Counted from the first letter of the stretch, positions 42,546 through 51,560 are shown. The stretch: 64,000 bases of DNA from Collinsella sp. (GCA_019424985.1 JAHYYM010000007.1:4467-68466), one strand, 5' to 3'. Program-made: numbers and translations. Notes: a model not told the origin generated them from the sequence alone.

Positions 42546-43532
42546 ATGCCGATTAATGATCCCGAGAAGTCGGAGAATATGCGCAAGTCCATCCGCGTGT
42601 ATTCCGGTTCCTCCAACCGTCCCCTCGCTCAGAAGATCGCTGAGTACCTTGGGGTCGAGCTTTCGGGCCTTACGCTAAAGCAGTTCGCCAACGGTGAGAT
42701 TTACGCCCGCTACGACGAGACCGTCCGCGGCGCCGACGTCTTCCTGATTCAGTCCGTGGCCGGCGGCAACGTCAACGACATGCTCATGGAGCTGCTCATC
42801 GCCACCGACGCTGCCAAGCGCGCATCCGCCCGCTCCATCACCGCCGTTATCACCCACTACGGCTATGCCCGCCAGGACCGCAAGGCCGGCCCGCGCGAGC
42901 CCATCACCGCCCGCCTCGTCGCCAACCTGCTCGAGCGTGCCGGCGTCAACCGCATCATCACCCTCGACCTGCACCAGGGCCAGATCCAGGGCTTCTTCGA
43001 TATCCCGGTTAACCACCTGTCCGCACTGCCGCTGTTTGGCCAGTACTACAACGCCATGAACTTCGACACCGACAACCTGGTTGTCGTCTCCCCCGACGTG
43101 GGTCGCGCCAAGGCCGCCAAGAAGCTGTCCGATATGCTCGGCTGCGACCTGGCCATTGCCCACAAGGGTCGTCCGCGCCACAACGCCGCCGAGGTCATGG
43201 GCATCATCGGTGACATCAAGGGCAAGACCTGCATCATCAACGACGACATGATCGACACCGCTGGCACCCTGTGCGCCAACGTCAAGGAGCTCAAGGCTAT
43301 GGGCGCTGGCGACATCTACGTCTGCGCCACCCACGGCATCTTCTCCGGTCCGGCCATCGAGCGCCTGAACGATGCCCCCATCGTCGAGTGCGTCGTCACC
43401 GACGCCATCCCCGTCGAGGTCGGCGGCAAGATCAAGACCATCTCGGTCGCCGAGGAGTTCGCTCAGGCCATTTCCGCCGTTTACCACGAGGAGCCCGTCT
43501 CCACGCTCGTCGGCGGCGACTTCGCGCTGTAA
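42546..43532 (+). CDS. prs: Ribose-phosphate pyrophosphokinase
   Basis: DLHQGQIQGFFDIPV, PRPP loop DDMIDTAGTL. SD AAGGAGAAGGG. Confidence 0.95.
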   Translation: MPINDPEKSENMRKSIRVYSGSSNRPLAQKIAEYLGVELSGLTLKQFANGEIYARYDETVRGADVFLIQSVAGGNVNDMLMELLIATDAAKRASARSITAVITHYGYARQDRKAGPREPITARLVANLLERAGVNRIITLDLHQGQIQGFFDIPVNHLSALPLFGQYYNAMNFDTDNLVVVSPDVGRAKAAKKLSDMLGCDLAIAHKGRPRHNAAEVMGIIGDIKGKTCIINDDMIDTAGTLCANVKELKAMGAGDIYVCATHGIFSGPAIERLNDAPIVECVVTDAIPVEVGGKIKTISVAEEFAQAISAVYHEEPVSTLVGGDFAL

Positions 43533-43560
43533 TCGCATCGTCCTTGCAACCCGGCGCTTC

Positions 43561-43638
43561 GCCGTCGGAACAGAAGAAACCCCCGCGCTCCCCCTTGCTT
43601 CGCAAAGGTCGCGCGGGGGTTTCTTCTGTTCCGACGGC
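43561..43638. repeat. 78-bp perfect palindrome (28-bp stem) with TTGCTTCGCAAAG loop
   Basis: gccgtcggaacagaagaaacccccgcgc (43561-43588) is the exact reverse complement of 43611-43638. The loop is tcccccttgcttcgcaaaggtc. Confidence 0.85.
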
Positions 43639-43757
43639 TCGCTCTGCCGCGGCCGCGCTTTTGTCTGGTGGGATTTCGCTGAAACGAAGTCTCGCCTTCG
43701 GCGGGCGTGGTAGCCTTTGTCGTTGATTAAACTTTTATGTGTAACGGAAGGACAAAT

Positions 43758-44387
43758 ATGGCAGCTGCACAGCCGCTTAAGATTCGCATGGTTGCCGGGC
43801 TTGGCAACCCGGGCGAGGAATATGCCGAGACCCGCCACAACGCCGGCTTTAAGGCGATTGACGAGCTGGCCCGTCAGGCCGGCGTCACGTACTGGAAAAA
43901 CCAGGCCGGCGCCGAGGTCGCGCTCATCAATATCAACGATGCCGAGGAAGAGGGCGGCAAGCGCCAGATTGTGTTGGTCAAGCCGCAGTCGTACATGAAC
44001 ACCTCGGGCGGCCCCATCTCCAAGCTCTGCCGCGAGTACAAGATCAAGGCCGAGGAGCTGCTCGTGATTCACGACGAGCTCGACATTCCCGCCGGTGATG
44101 TGCGCGTCAAGGTGGGCGGCGGCCACGCCGGCCACAACGGCCTGCGCTCCATCATCGACAAGATGGGCAGCCGCGACTTTAGCCGCATCCGTACCGGCAT
44201 CGGCAACCCTCCCGGCAAGATGGCCGTCGCCGACTACGTGCTTAAGCAGTTGCGCGCCCGCGAGGCCGAGGACTTCCAGGACACCTGCGCCCGCGCCGCA
44301 GATGCCGCCGGTCTGGCCATCGTCCACGGCGTGATCTATGCCCGCGATCACGTAAACGGCGCCGCTTCCGCCAACGGCAAGCACTAA
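43758..44387 (+). CDS. pth: Peptidyl-tRNA hydrolase
   Basis: GLGNPGEEYAETRHNAGF, GHNGLRS. SD GAAGGA is 6 nt before ATG 43758. Confidence 0.95.
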   Translation: MAAAQPLKIRMVAGLGNPGEEYAETRHNAGFKAIDELARQAGVTYWKNQAGAEVALININDAEEEGGKRQIVLVKPQSYMNTSGGPISKLCREYKIKAEELLVIHDELDIPAGDVRVKVGGGHAGHNGLRSIIDKMGSRDFSRIRTGIGNPPGKMAVADYVLKQLRAREAEDFQDTCARAADAAGLAIVHGVIYARDHVNGAASANGKH

Positions 44388-44430
44388 AACCTACCATTTA
44401 GGGACAGGTTTTTTGGCAGGTTTTACCTGC
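44387..44430 (+). terminator. Terminator-bearing repeat module (copy 1 of 3) starting at the pth stop codon
   Basis: aaacctaccatttagggacaggttttttggcaggttttacctgc is homologous to the reverse complements of 44543-44585 and 56803-56848. Confidence 0.65.
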
Positions 44431-44490
44431 GGAAACGCCCCAGTTGCGGCATCACGATAAACCGCGCGCCGCCATACACGCATAGCACCC

Positions 44491-44534
44491 CAAAGGGGGC
44501 CGGCCTCATCACAACCCGAGGCCGGCCCCCTTTG
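44491..44534. terminator. Strong perfect 17-bp hairpin
   Basis: caaagggggccggcctc / gaggccggccccctttg, followed by a T-rich tract. Confidence 0.65.
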
Positions 44535-44542
44535 CTGTTTTA

Positions 44543-44585
44543 CCTGATAAAACTGACCAAAATAAACCTGCCCCTATTCGGCAGG
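44543..44585 (-). repeat. Terminator-bearing repeat module (copy 2, inverted)
   Basis: The reverse complement cctgccgaataggggcaggtttattttggtcagttttatcagg aligns with copies 1 and 3. Confidence 0.6.
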
Positions 44586-44759
44586 ACGAAGTGGATAAGC
44601 CCTTTTCCCAACCGCCGAAGACACACGTAAACAGCATGTCCATGAGGGTATAATTTGCATCGTATGTCTGCACAACGCCTGTGCGCGTACGGTTTTATTC
44701 GGGCTACCGTCCATTTCCGTGGAGGCACGGTTCGGCGGCCCTAACAAGAGAGGGGTTCT

Positions 44760-45599
44760 ATGTATAAGATCCTGGAGAAGACGCAGTTCTCGGAGAAGGT
44801 GTTCAAGTTCCGCATCGAGGCGCCCGCAATCGCCAAGCATGCGCACGCTGGACAGTTCCTCATGGTTCGCGCCAACGAGACGGGCGAGCGCGTCCCGTTT
44901 ACCCTGGCCGGCTGGAACGGTGACGAGGGCTGGGTCGAGTTCATCTTCATGGTGATCGGCAAGACCACCGAGATGCTTTCCACCTACGAGGCCGGCGAGT
45001 CGCTGCGCGACGTCGTGGGCCCGCTGGGCGTTCCCACCGAAATGGCCGAGGGCCCCTGTGCCGTCATTGGCGGCGGCGTCGGCCTGGCAATTGCCTTCCC
45101 GGTCGCCAAGCACCTGGTCGAGACCGGCCACGAGGTGCACGCCATCATGGGCGCCCGCACCAAGGACCTCCTGCTCATGGAGGACCAGTTCCGCGAGCTC
45201 CTCGACGAGGACCACATCCACATCACCACTGACGACGGCTCCTACGGCGAGCAGGGCGTTGTCACCGCTCCGCTGGAGCGCCTGCTGCAGGACAAGGCCG
45301 TGAGCCAGGTCTTCTGCGTCGGCCCCGTTCCGATGATGAAGTTCTCGACCCTCACCGCCCAGAAGTACGACACCCCCATCACCGCGTCGCTCAACCCCAT
45401 CATGGTTGACGGCACTGGTATGTGCGGCTGCTGCCGCGTCGAGGTGGGCGGCGTGACCAAGTTCGCTTGCGTCGACGGCCCCGACTTCGATGCCACCCTG
45501 GTCGACTGGGATGACCTTCGTGCCCGCCAGGCCGCTTACCGTTCCGAAGAGGGCGAGTCCCTCAAGGCCTATGAGGAAAAGAGCTGCGCATGCCACTAG
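44760..45599 (+). CDS. nfnA: Ferredoxin-NADP+ oxidoreductase small subunit (NfnA / PyrK-like FAD, 2Fe-2S protein)
   Basis: FAD/NAD-binding FNR fold (GQFLMVR, GGGVGLA) and C-terminal Cys motif GTGMCGCCRV. Confidence 0.8.
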   Translation: MYKILEKTQFSEKVFKFRIEAPAIAKHAHAGQFLMVRANETGERVPFTLAGWNGDEGWVEFIFMVIGKTTEMLSTYEAGESLRDVVGPLGVPTEMAEGPCAVIGGGVGLAIAFPVAKHLVETGHEVHAIMGARTKDLLLMEDQFRELLDEDHIHITTDDGSYGEQGVVTAPLERLLQDKAVSQVFCVGPVPMMKFSTLTAQKYDTPITASLNPIMVDGTGMCGCCRVEVGGVTKFACVDGPDFDATLVDWDDLRARQAAYRSEEGESLKAYEEKSCACH

Positions 45600-46999
45600 T
45601 TAACGGTCGTTTCGTTGCCGATATGAAGTCGCCCCGCACCCCCGATAACGAGGAGCCGGCTGCCGAGCGCGCCTGCGACTTCCGCCCCGTCGACAAGGGC
45701 TTCACCGAGGAGATGGCGCTGGCCGAGGCCGAGCGCTGCCTCAACTGCAAGAAGCCGTTCTGTGTTGAGGGTTGCCCCGTCAACATCAACATCCCCCGCT
45801 TTATCGAGCAGATCCGCGCGAAGGACTTCGGCGGCGCTCTCGATACCATCCGCGAGGACTCCATGCTTCCCGCCATCTGCGGCCGCGTCTGCCCGCAGGA
45901 GAACCAGTGCGAGGGCAAGTGCATCCGTGGTAAGAAGTCCGAGCCCGTGGCCATCGGCCAGCTCGAGCGCTTCCTGGGTGACCGCCCCGAGCTCGCCTCC
46001 ACGCCCAAGATGGCCCCCAAGAACGGCAAGAAGGTCGCCGTCGTCGGCTCCGGCCCGTCCGGCATCACCTGCGCCGGCGAGCTCGCCCGCAACGGCTTTG
46101 ACGTCACCGTCTTTGAGGCCTTCTTCACCGGCGGCGGCGTGCTGGTCTACGGCATCCCCGAGTTCCGTCTGCCCAAGGCAGTCGTCAAGCGCGAGATTGA
46201 CGGCCTGGAGGACATGGGCGTCAAGTTTGAGTACAACTCCGTCGTGGGTAACATGGCCACGGCCGAAGAGCTGTTCGAGCAGGGCTTCGACGCCATCTAC
46301 GTGGCGACCGGCGCTGGCCTGCCCAAGTTCCTCAACGTCCCCGGCGAGAACCTGCCCAACGTCTTCTTCGCTAACGAGTACCTCACCCGCGTGAACCTGA
46401 TGAAGGCCAACAAGTTCCCCGAGTACGACACCCCCACCAAGCACGGCAAGAACGTCGTCGTCTTTGGTGGCGGTAACGTGGCTATGGACGCCGTCCGTAC
46501 CGCCAAGCGTCTGGGCGCCGAGCACGCCATCATCGCCTACCGTCGTACCGAGGACGAGATGCCCTGCCGTCGCGCCGAGCTGCACCACGCCAAGGCCGAG
46601 GGCGTCGAGGTTCTGCCGCTCGTCTCCCCGCTCGAGTTTGTCGCTGGCGAGGACGGCTCCGTGTGCGCCGTCAAGGTCCAGAAGATGGAGCTCGGCGAGC
46701 CTGACGAGTCCGGCCGTCGTCGCCCGGTGCCCATCGAGGGCGCCATCGAGGAGATCCCCTGCGACGTCGCGATCTCGGCTATCGGCACCAACGCCAACCC
46801 CTTCGCTGCCAAGATCGGCGGCAAGATGGAGCTCAACAAGTGGGGCTACATCGTCGCCGACGAGGAGACCGGCCAGACCACCGATCCCCGCATCTGGGCC
46901 GGCGGCGACATCGTCACCGGTGCCGCTACGGTCATTCTGGCGATGGGCGCCGGCAAGAAGGCCGCCGCTTCGATCACCAAGAGCCTGCTGGGCGAGTAA
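45590..46999 (+). CDS. nfnB: NADPH-dependent glutamate synthase small-chain-like subunit (NfnB/GltD family)
   Basis: Two 4Fe-4S motifs (CLNCKKPFCVEGCP; CGRVCPQENQCEGKC) and Rossmann motifs VVGSGPSGITCA and VFGGGNVAMD. 10-nt overlap with nfnA. Confidence 0.8.
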   Translation: MPLVNGRFVADMKSPRTPDNEEPAAERACDFRPVDKGFTEEMALAEAERCLNCKKPFCVEGCPVNINIPRFIEQIRAKDFGGALDTIREDSMLPAICGRVCPQENQCEGKCIRGKKSEPVAIGQLERFLGDRPELASTPKMAPKNGKKVAVVGSGPSGITCAGELARNGFDVTVFEAFFTGGGVLVYGIPEFRLPKAVVKREIDGLEDMGVKFEYNSVVGNMATAEELFEQGFDAIYVATGAGLPKFLNVPGENLPNVFFANEYLTRVNLMKANKFPEYDTPTKHGKNVVVFGGGNVAMDAVRTAKRLGAEHAIIAYRRTEDEMPCRRAELHHAKAEGVEVLPLVSPLEFVAGEDGSVCAVKVQKMELGEPDESGRRRPVPIEGAIEEIPCDVAISAIGTNANPFAAKIGGKMELNKWGYIVADEETGQTTDPRIWAGGDIVTGAATVILAMGAGKKAAASITKSLLGE

Positions 47000-47027
47000 T
47001 CACCTACAGCGCTCGCCATCAAACGGC

Positions 47028-47066
47028 AAAGTCCCCGTCGAGCACACGTCCGGCGGGGACTTTTTC
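47028..47066 (+). terminator. Rho-independent terminator after nfnB
   Basis: aaagtccccg...cggggacttttt. Confidence 0.75.
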
Positions 47067-47079
47067 TATGCCGACCGCC

Positions 47080-47455
47080 CCAACCACCACAAAGGGGGCA
47101 GGTGCCTTTGTGGTGGTTGGGGACTTGGCCGTTCGTTTTGTCTCAATCTGTAACACCTGGAGCCCGTTGAGCATCGTAGTTGTTACAGATCGAGATATTG
47201 TGCCGGCCGCCCACGCCGCATCTCAATCTGTAACAGTTAGAGACCAAATATGCCGCCTGGTGTTACAGATCAAGACGTTGGGCTGACGGCCGAACGGTTC
47301 ATCTAAATCTGTAACAGTTAGAGCCATTTTCGCTGGCTTGGTGTTACAGATCGAGACTATGCAAAAGCCGAGGATAGGCACTGCCGCCAAGGCCTTCCCC
47401 TCGGCCTAAAACAAAAACCACCACAAAGGTGCCTGTACCCTTTGTGGTGGTTTTT
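47080..47455. repeat. Second array of three hairpin units, bracketed by two near-identical CCACCACAAAGG..CCTTTGTGGTGG hairpins
   Basis: Units at 47140-47195, 47221-47275 and 47302-47356 (arms tctcaatctgtaaca / tgttacagatcgaga). Flanking 16-17-bp-stem hairpins at 47080-47120 and 47413-47455. Confidence 0.85.
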
Positions 47456-47461
47456 GGTCGG

Positions 47462-48085
47462 CTAGCCTTCGAGTTGAGCCACTTTGTAGCGGTAGGCAGC
47501 GGCGATGACGTCTTTACAGCCCTCGCGTCCCAGCTTAGCGCGGTTGACGACGATATCCTTGCCGCTCGTCATCTTCCACTTTCCGGCGCTATAGCGCTTA
47601 TAGAACGCCTCGCGCGCCTTCTGCTGCTGCTTGACCAGCTTGGCGCCCTTCTTTTTGTTAAGGCCACGCTTCTTGCGGACAATCTCGACGCGGTCCTCAA
47701 AGGGGGCGGTCACCAACACGGCAATATGGTTGGGGTTGTTACGCAGCAGGTAATCGGACAGACGGCCTTCGATAATGCAGCTCTCGGTCTCGCCCAGGTC
47801 CAAAATCACCTGGCTCATCTTTTGGAACAACTTGTCCGAGTACGAACGCGCATCGTAGCGGTCGGGCAGAAACGCCATGTTCTCCACGGCCAGACGCTCG
47901 TCGTAGGCGGCCATCTTGTCGAGCGACTCGCCCGCGCGCAGCGACGCGCGCACCAGTAGCTCGTTGTCGTACAGAGGAATCCCCAACTCGTTGGCGAGGA
48001 TGCGTCCGATCTCGTGGCCCTCGGCACCAAAGTCGCGCGCGATGGTAATGACCACAGGACTCTTCTTGTTCTCCAGATCGCTCAT
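47462..48085 (-). CDS. Cytidylate kinase-like family protein
   Basis: VITIARDFGAEGHEIGR P-loop-like N-terminus. SD AAAGGA is 6 nt before ATG 48085. Confidence 0.75.
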   Translation of the reverse strand: MSDLENKKSPVVITIARDFGAEGHEIGRILANELGIPLYDNELLVRASLRAGESLDKMAAYDERLAVENMAFLPDRYDARSYSDKLFQKMSQVILDLGETESCIIEGRLSDYLLRNNPNHIAVLVTAPFEDRVEIVRKKRGLNKKKGAKLVKQQQKAREAFYKRYSAGKWKMTSGKDIVVNRAKLGREGCKDVIAAAYRYKVAQLEG

Positions 48086-48133
48086 CGCGATTCCTTTCTC
48101 TATGTGACAAAGGGGCTGTCCCTTTGCCACATT

Positions 48134-48772
48134 CTACGCTGCCACCATTCGCCTCTGATATGCGCGAACCAGCAGCGAGATACCAAAGTTGAGCACAAAG
48201 TACATCGCAAACACCAGGCTGTAGAGCATAAGCACCTGCGACAGGTCGATCGCATGGGCCATCACGACGTTTGCCGTGTACATGAGCTCGGCCACGTTAA
48301 TACCCGAAAGATACGAGCTGTCCTTGATGACGGTCGTGCACTGGCTAAACAGCGCCGGAATGATCGTCTTAAACGTCTGCGGCAGAATGATGTAGCGCAT
48401 GGTGGCAAAGAAGCCAAAACCCTGGCTCTGCGCTGCCTCAAACTGGCCGCGCGGAATCGAGTTGAGACCGCCGCGCACAATCTCGGCCATAACGGCGCTG
48501 GTAAACAGCGTAAAGGCGATGGTCGAAATCACAATGTCCAAACCCTGCACCGTAAAGTAGATAAACAGAATCCACAGCAGGTTCGGCGTGCAACGGAACA
48601 GCTCGATATAGGCGCTCACCAAAATACGGAACGGGCGGGGCGCATAGCTTTTAACAAGCGCCAGCACCGTGCCAAAGATGAGCGAGAAAAAGATCGACAG
48701 CGCCGAGATCTCGATTGTCTTAACAAAGCCGCCCCAAATGTAGAGCAGGTTGGTCGCGTTGAAGATTTCCAT
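48134..48772 (-). CDS. Polar amino acid ABC transporter permease
   Basis: EAA loop FEAAQSQGFGFFATMRYIILPQ. Confidence 0.9.
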   Translation of the reverse strand: MEIFNATNLLYIWGGFVKTIEISALSIFFSLIFGTVLALVKSYAPRPFRILVSAYIELFRCTPNLLWILFIYFTVQGLDIVISTIAFTLFTSAVMAEIVRGGLNSIPRGQFEAAQSQGFGFFATMRYIILPQTFKTIIPALFSQCTTVIKDSSYLSGINVAELMYTANVVMAHAIDLSQVLMLYSLVFAMYFVLNFGISLLVRAYQRRMVAA

Positions 48773-48775
48773 GCG

Positions 48776-49522
48776 CTAGGCCTCCTCTACGTTGTCGAGC
48801 CCCAGCTCGGCCAGGCTCACGCCACGCGGACGCTCCTTGGAGCGGCGCTCGAGCCACTGCACCAGCATGGCGAGCGGAAAGCAGATGATGAAGTACATAA
48901 GGCAGCAGACGATGTATCCCTGCAGGTAACCGTACAGACTCACAAAGTTGTCGGAACGGTACATAAGGTCGCCGCCGGCCACAAGCGCCAGCACCGACGT
49001 GTTCTTGACCAAGTTGAGCGCCTGGTTACACAGCGGCGGCAGAATGATCTTGAATGTCTGGGGCAGCACGATGTACCAGTACGCCTGCGCCCGGGTGAAG
49101 CCCTGGCTCTGGGCCGCCTCCATCTGACCGCGCGGAACCGCCTCGATACCGGTGCGGATGACCTCCGAAATGTAGGCCGCGTGATACAGGCCCACGCCCA
49201 AGAAGCCCAACACGAACGGCGCGATACGCACCGGCTGGTCGGCACCGGTTATGGCCTGCAAAAACTGCGGACCGGCCATGTACATAAAGAGCACCTGTAC
49301 GGGCAACGGGGTGTTCTGGTAAAACTCCACGTACACGCGACTTATGGCGCGCAGCACGCGCGAGCGAGTGGTAGAGAACACACCCAGCAGCGTGCCCAGC
49401 ACCAGCGACAGCAGCAGACCGGCAACGACCACCTGCAGCGTCACGCCAAAGCCCTCCCAGAAGGGCCCCATGTTTTGAAATGTCGTCGACCAACGGTCGG
49501 CGTCAAATAATCCTTCGAGCAT
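48776..49522 (-). CDS. Polar amino acid ABC transporter permease
   Basis: EAA loop MEAAQSQGFTRAQAYWYIVLPQ. SD AAGGAAGGA is 5 nt before ATG 49522. Confidence 0.9.
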   Translation of the reverse strand: MLEGLFDADRWSTTFQNMGPFWEGFGVTLQVVVAGLLLSLVLGTLLGVFSTTRSRVLRAISRVYVEFYQNTPLPVQVLFMYMAGPQFLQAITGADQPVRIAPFVLGFLGVGLYHAAYISEVIRTGIEAVPRGQMEAAQSQGFTRAQAYWYIVLPQTFKIILPPLCNQALNLVKNTSVLALVAGGDLMYRSDNFVSLYGYLQGYIVCCLMYFIICFPLAMLVQWLERRSKERPRGVSLAELGLDNVEEA

Positions 49523-49547
49523 TTGATTCCTTCCTTGGACGATGCGT

Positions 49548-50426
49548 CTATACAAGACCCCAGGTCTTGACCTCTTGGTCGAGCCAGCCGTCGGCCAGGC
49601 GATCGCAAATCACCTGATCGACCACGGCCGAAAGGTCGCAGCCCTTCTTGGTCGCCACGCCGTAGCCCTGCTCGCCAAACTTGACCTCGGGCTGCAGCAG
49701 CTCAACGGTCTCGTTCATGTAACCGGCCAGCGTGGAGCGGTCCATGGCAAAGACGTCGATATTGCCGGCGTCGAGCGAACTCTTGATGATGGGGTAGCCG
49801 CTAAAGGCCCTAAACTCGGGCTTGCAGCTAAAGCCGTTGTCCTTGATCATCTGCTCGATCAGGCCCTGCGTGGTGGCACCCTGGCTCACGCCAATGACCT
49901 TGCCGTCCAAGTCCTCAATCGAGGTAAAGCCCGAACGCTTCTTGACCATGAGTCCCACGTAGTCGGTGCGGTACGGCGTCGAGAAATCCCAGCTCTTCTT
50001 GCGCTCGTCGGTGATGGTGTAGGTCGCCGCGACCACGTCGAGTTGGCCGTTATCGATCAGCGGGCCGCGTGTCTTGGGCGTTACGTCGGTAAACTCGACA
50101 AGCTCCTGGGCGCGGGCCTCCTTGTAGCTCACGCCAAAGACGGCAGCGGCGATCTGGTAGCACAAATCGACTTCCATGCCCTCAAAGCGGCCCTTGGCGG
50201 TGTCGTAATAGCCATAGCCGGGAACGTCCTTCTTGACGCCGGCATTCAGATGTCCACGCGACTTAATGACCGCAAGCTTGGACCCCTTGTCGGAGCCCTC
50301 GCCGCTGGTGGAGTTGCCGCAACCGGTAAGCGCGGTCCCCGTCAGCGCAAGCATGCCGGCACCCGCCAGCTGCAAAAAGTGACGGCGCGACACGGCCGCC
50401 CTCGTCATATCCGTCATGTCCATCAC
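49548..50426 (-). CDS. Amino acid ABC transporter substrate-binding lipoprotein (SBP_bac_3), Tat-like signal
   Basis: SRRHFLQLAGAGMLALTGTALTGCG (twin-Arg plus lipobox), then a family-3 SBP fold. Confidence 0.9.
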   Translation of the reverse strand: MMDMTDMTRAAVSRRHFLQLAGAGMLALTGTALTGCGNSTSGEGSDKGSKLAVIKSRGHLNAGVKKDVPGYGYYDTAKGRFEGMEVDLCYQIAAAVFGVSYKEARAQELVEFTDVTPKTRGPLIDNGQLDVVAATYTITDERKKSWDFSTPYRTDYVGLMVKKRSGFTSIEDLDGKVIGVSQGATTQGLIEQMIKDNGFSCKPEFRAFSGYPIIKSSLDAGNIDVFAMDRSTLAGYMNETVELLQPEVKFGEQGYGVATKKGCDLSAVVDQVICDRLADGWLDQEVKTWGLV

Positions 50427-50431
50427 CGCGC

Positions 50432-51163
50432 CTAGTGCAGAATCTTGGACAGGAACTCGCGGCAGCGCGGGTTCTCGGGGTTATCGAAGAAGTGCTCGGG
50501 CGTGCCCTCCTCCAGAATGCGGCCGTCCTCCATAAAGATGACGCGGTCGGCCACCTGGCGCGCAAAGCCCATCTCGTGCGTCACGCAGATCATGGTGATG
50601 TCCTCCTGCGCGAGCTCAATCATAACGTCCAGAACCTCCTGGACCATCTCGGGGTCGAGCGCCGAAGTCGGCTCGTCAAACAGGATGATGGGCTGCTTGG
50701 TGCACAGGGCACGGGCGATGGCGATGCGCTGCTGCTGACCACCCGAGAGATTCTGCGGATACTCGCCGGCCTTATGCGCCATGCCGACGCGCTTGAGTGC
50801 GGCGATGGCGATCTCGGTCGCCTCCTCCTTGCTCTTCTTTTGCAGCTTGATGGGCGCGAGCGTCAGGTTGCCGAGCACCGTCATGTTGGGATACAGGTTG
50901 AACTGCTGAAACACCATGGAACTATACTTGCGAGCCATCTCCAGGTGGTTCTTTTTGGTAAGCGGCGTACCGTCGATGATGACCTCGCCCGACGTGGGCT
51001 CCTCCAGATAATCGACGCAACGGATGAGCGTCGACTTACCCGAGCCGGAAGGCCCGATCATTACGAGCTTCTCGCCGCGCTTGACGGTGAGGTTGATATC
51101 TTTGAGCACATGCAGGTCGCCAAAGTACTTGTTGAGATGCTTGATCTCGATCATGTCTGCCAT
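50432..51163 (-). CDS. Amino acid ABC transporter ATP-binding protein (GlnQ-like)
   Basis: [28 protein letters not shown]. Confidence 0.95.
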   Translation of the reverse strand: MADMIEIKHLNKYFGDLHVLKDINLTVKRGEKLVMIGPSGSGKSTLIRCVDYLEEPTSGEVIIDGTPLTKKNHLEMARKYSSMVFQQFNLYPNMTVLGNLTLAPIKLQKKSKEEATEIAIAALKRVGMAHKAGEYPQNLSGGQQQRIAIARALCTKQPIILFDEPTSALDPEMVQEVLDVMIELAQEDITMICVTHEMGFARQVADRVIFMEDGRILEEGTPEHFFDNPENPRCREFLSKILH

Positions 51164-51248
51164 GAATGTCCCTTCCCTGCGTTTACACGACTTGAACTAT
51201 TGTACGGAAAGAACCACGTTTCCGCAGCCCACACTACATTCCCGTAAA

Positions 51249-51392
51249 GAACCCGCAATCTTCCGCCCACTCATTGGGCACTCGGGCACTCATTGGGAAC
51301 CCGCAATCTTCCGCCCACTCATTGGGCACTCGGGCACTCATTGGGAACCCGCAATCTTCCGCCCACTCATTGGGCACTCGGGCACTCATTGG
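51249..51392. repeat. Perfect 3 x 48-bp tandem direct repeat
   Basis: The unit gaacccgcaatcttccgcccactcattgggcactcgggcactcattgg occurs at 51249, 51297 and 51345 with no mismatch. Confidence 0.95.
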
Positions 51393-51483
51393 GGACAGAC
51401 TTAAATGAGTACCCTTAAATGAGTACCCTTAAATGATCACCTACTCATTGGGTACTCATTTAAGTCTGTCCCCAATGAGTGCC
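51381..51483. repeat. 34-bp perfect inverted repeat (CATTGGGGAC-core module) with 35-nt spacer containing 14-bp sub-repeats
   Basis: ggcactcattggggacagacttaaatgagtaccc (51381-51414) is the exact reverse complement of 51450-51483. The spacer carries ttaaatgagtaccc repeats. Confidence 0.9.
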
Positions 51484-51496
51484 CTTCAGCTGCCAT

Positions 51497-51530
51497 CAAA
51501 AAAGGGGCGCGACCGCAATGGTCACGCCCC
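51497..51530 (-). terminator. Rho-independent terminator of the yqeY-like gene
   Basis: Stem ggggcgcgacc / ggtcacgcccc, followed on the minus strand by TTTTTTT. Confidence 0.75.
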
Positions 51531-51560
51531 CCTCAACATCAACTATGTGTCGGCCGGCAC

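Noticed and set aside
51024-51404. 126-aa ORF with a triple EPAIFRPLIGHSGTHW repeat
   Set aside because: It is a translation artefact of the perfect 48-bp tandem DNA repeat. It has no SD, runs antisense out of the glnQ-like gene, and has non-protein-like composition.
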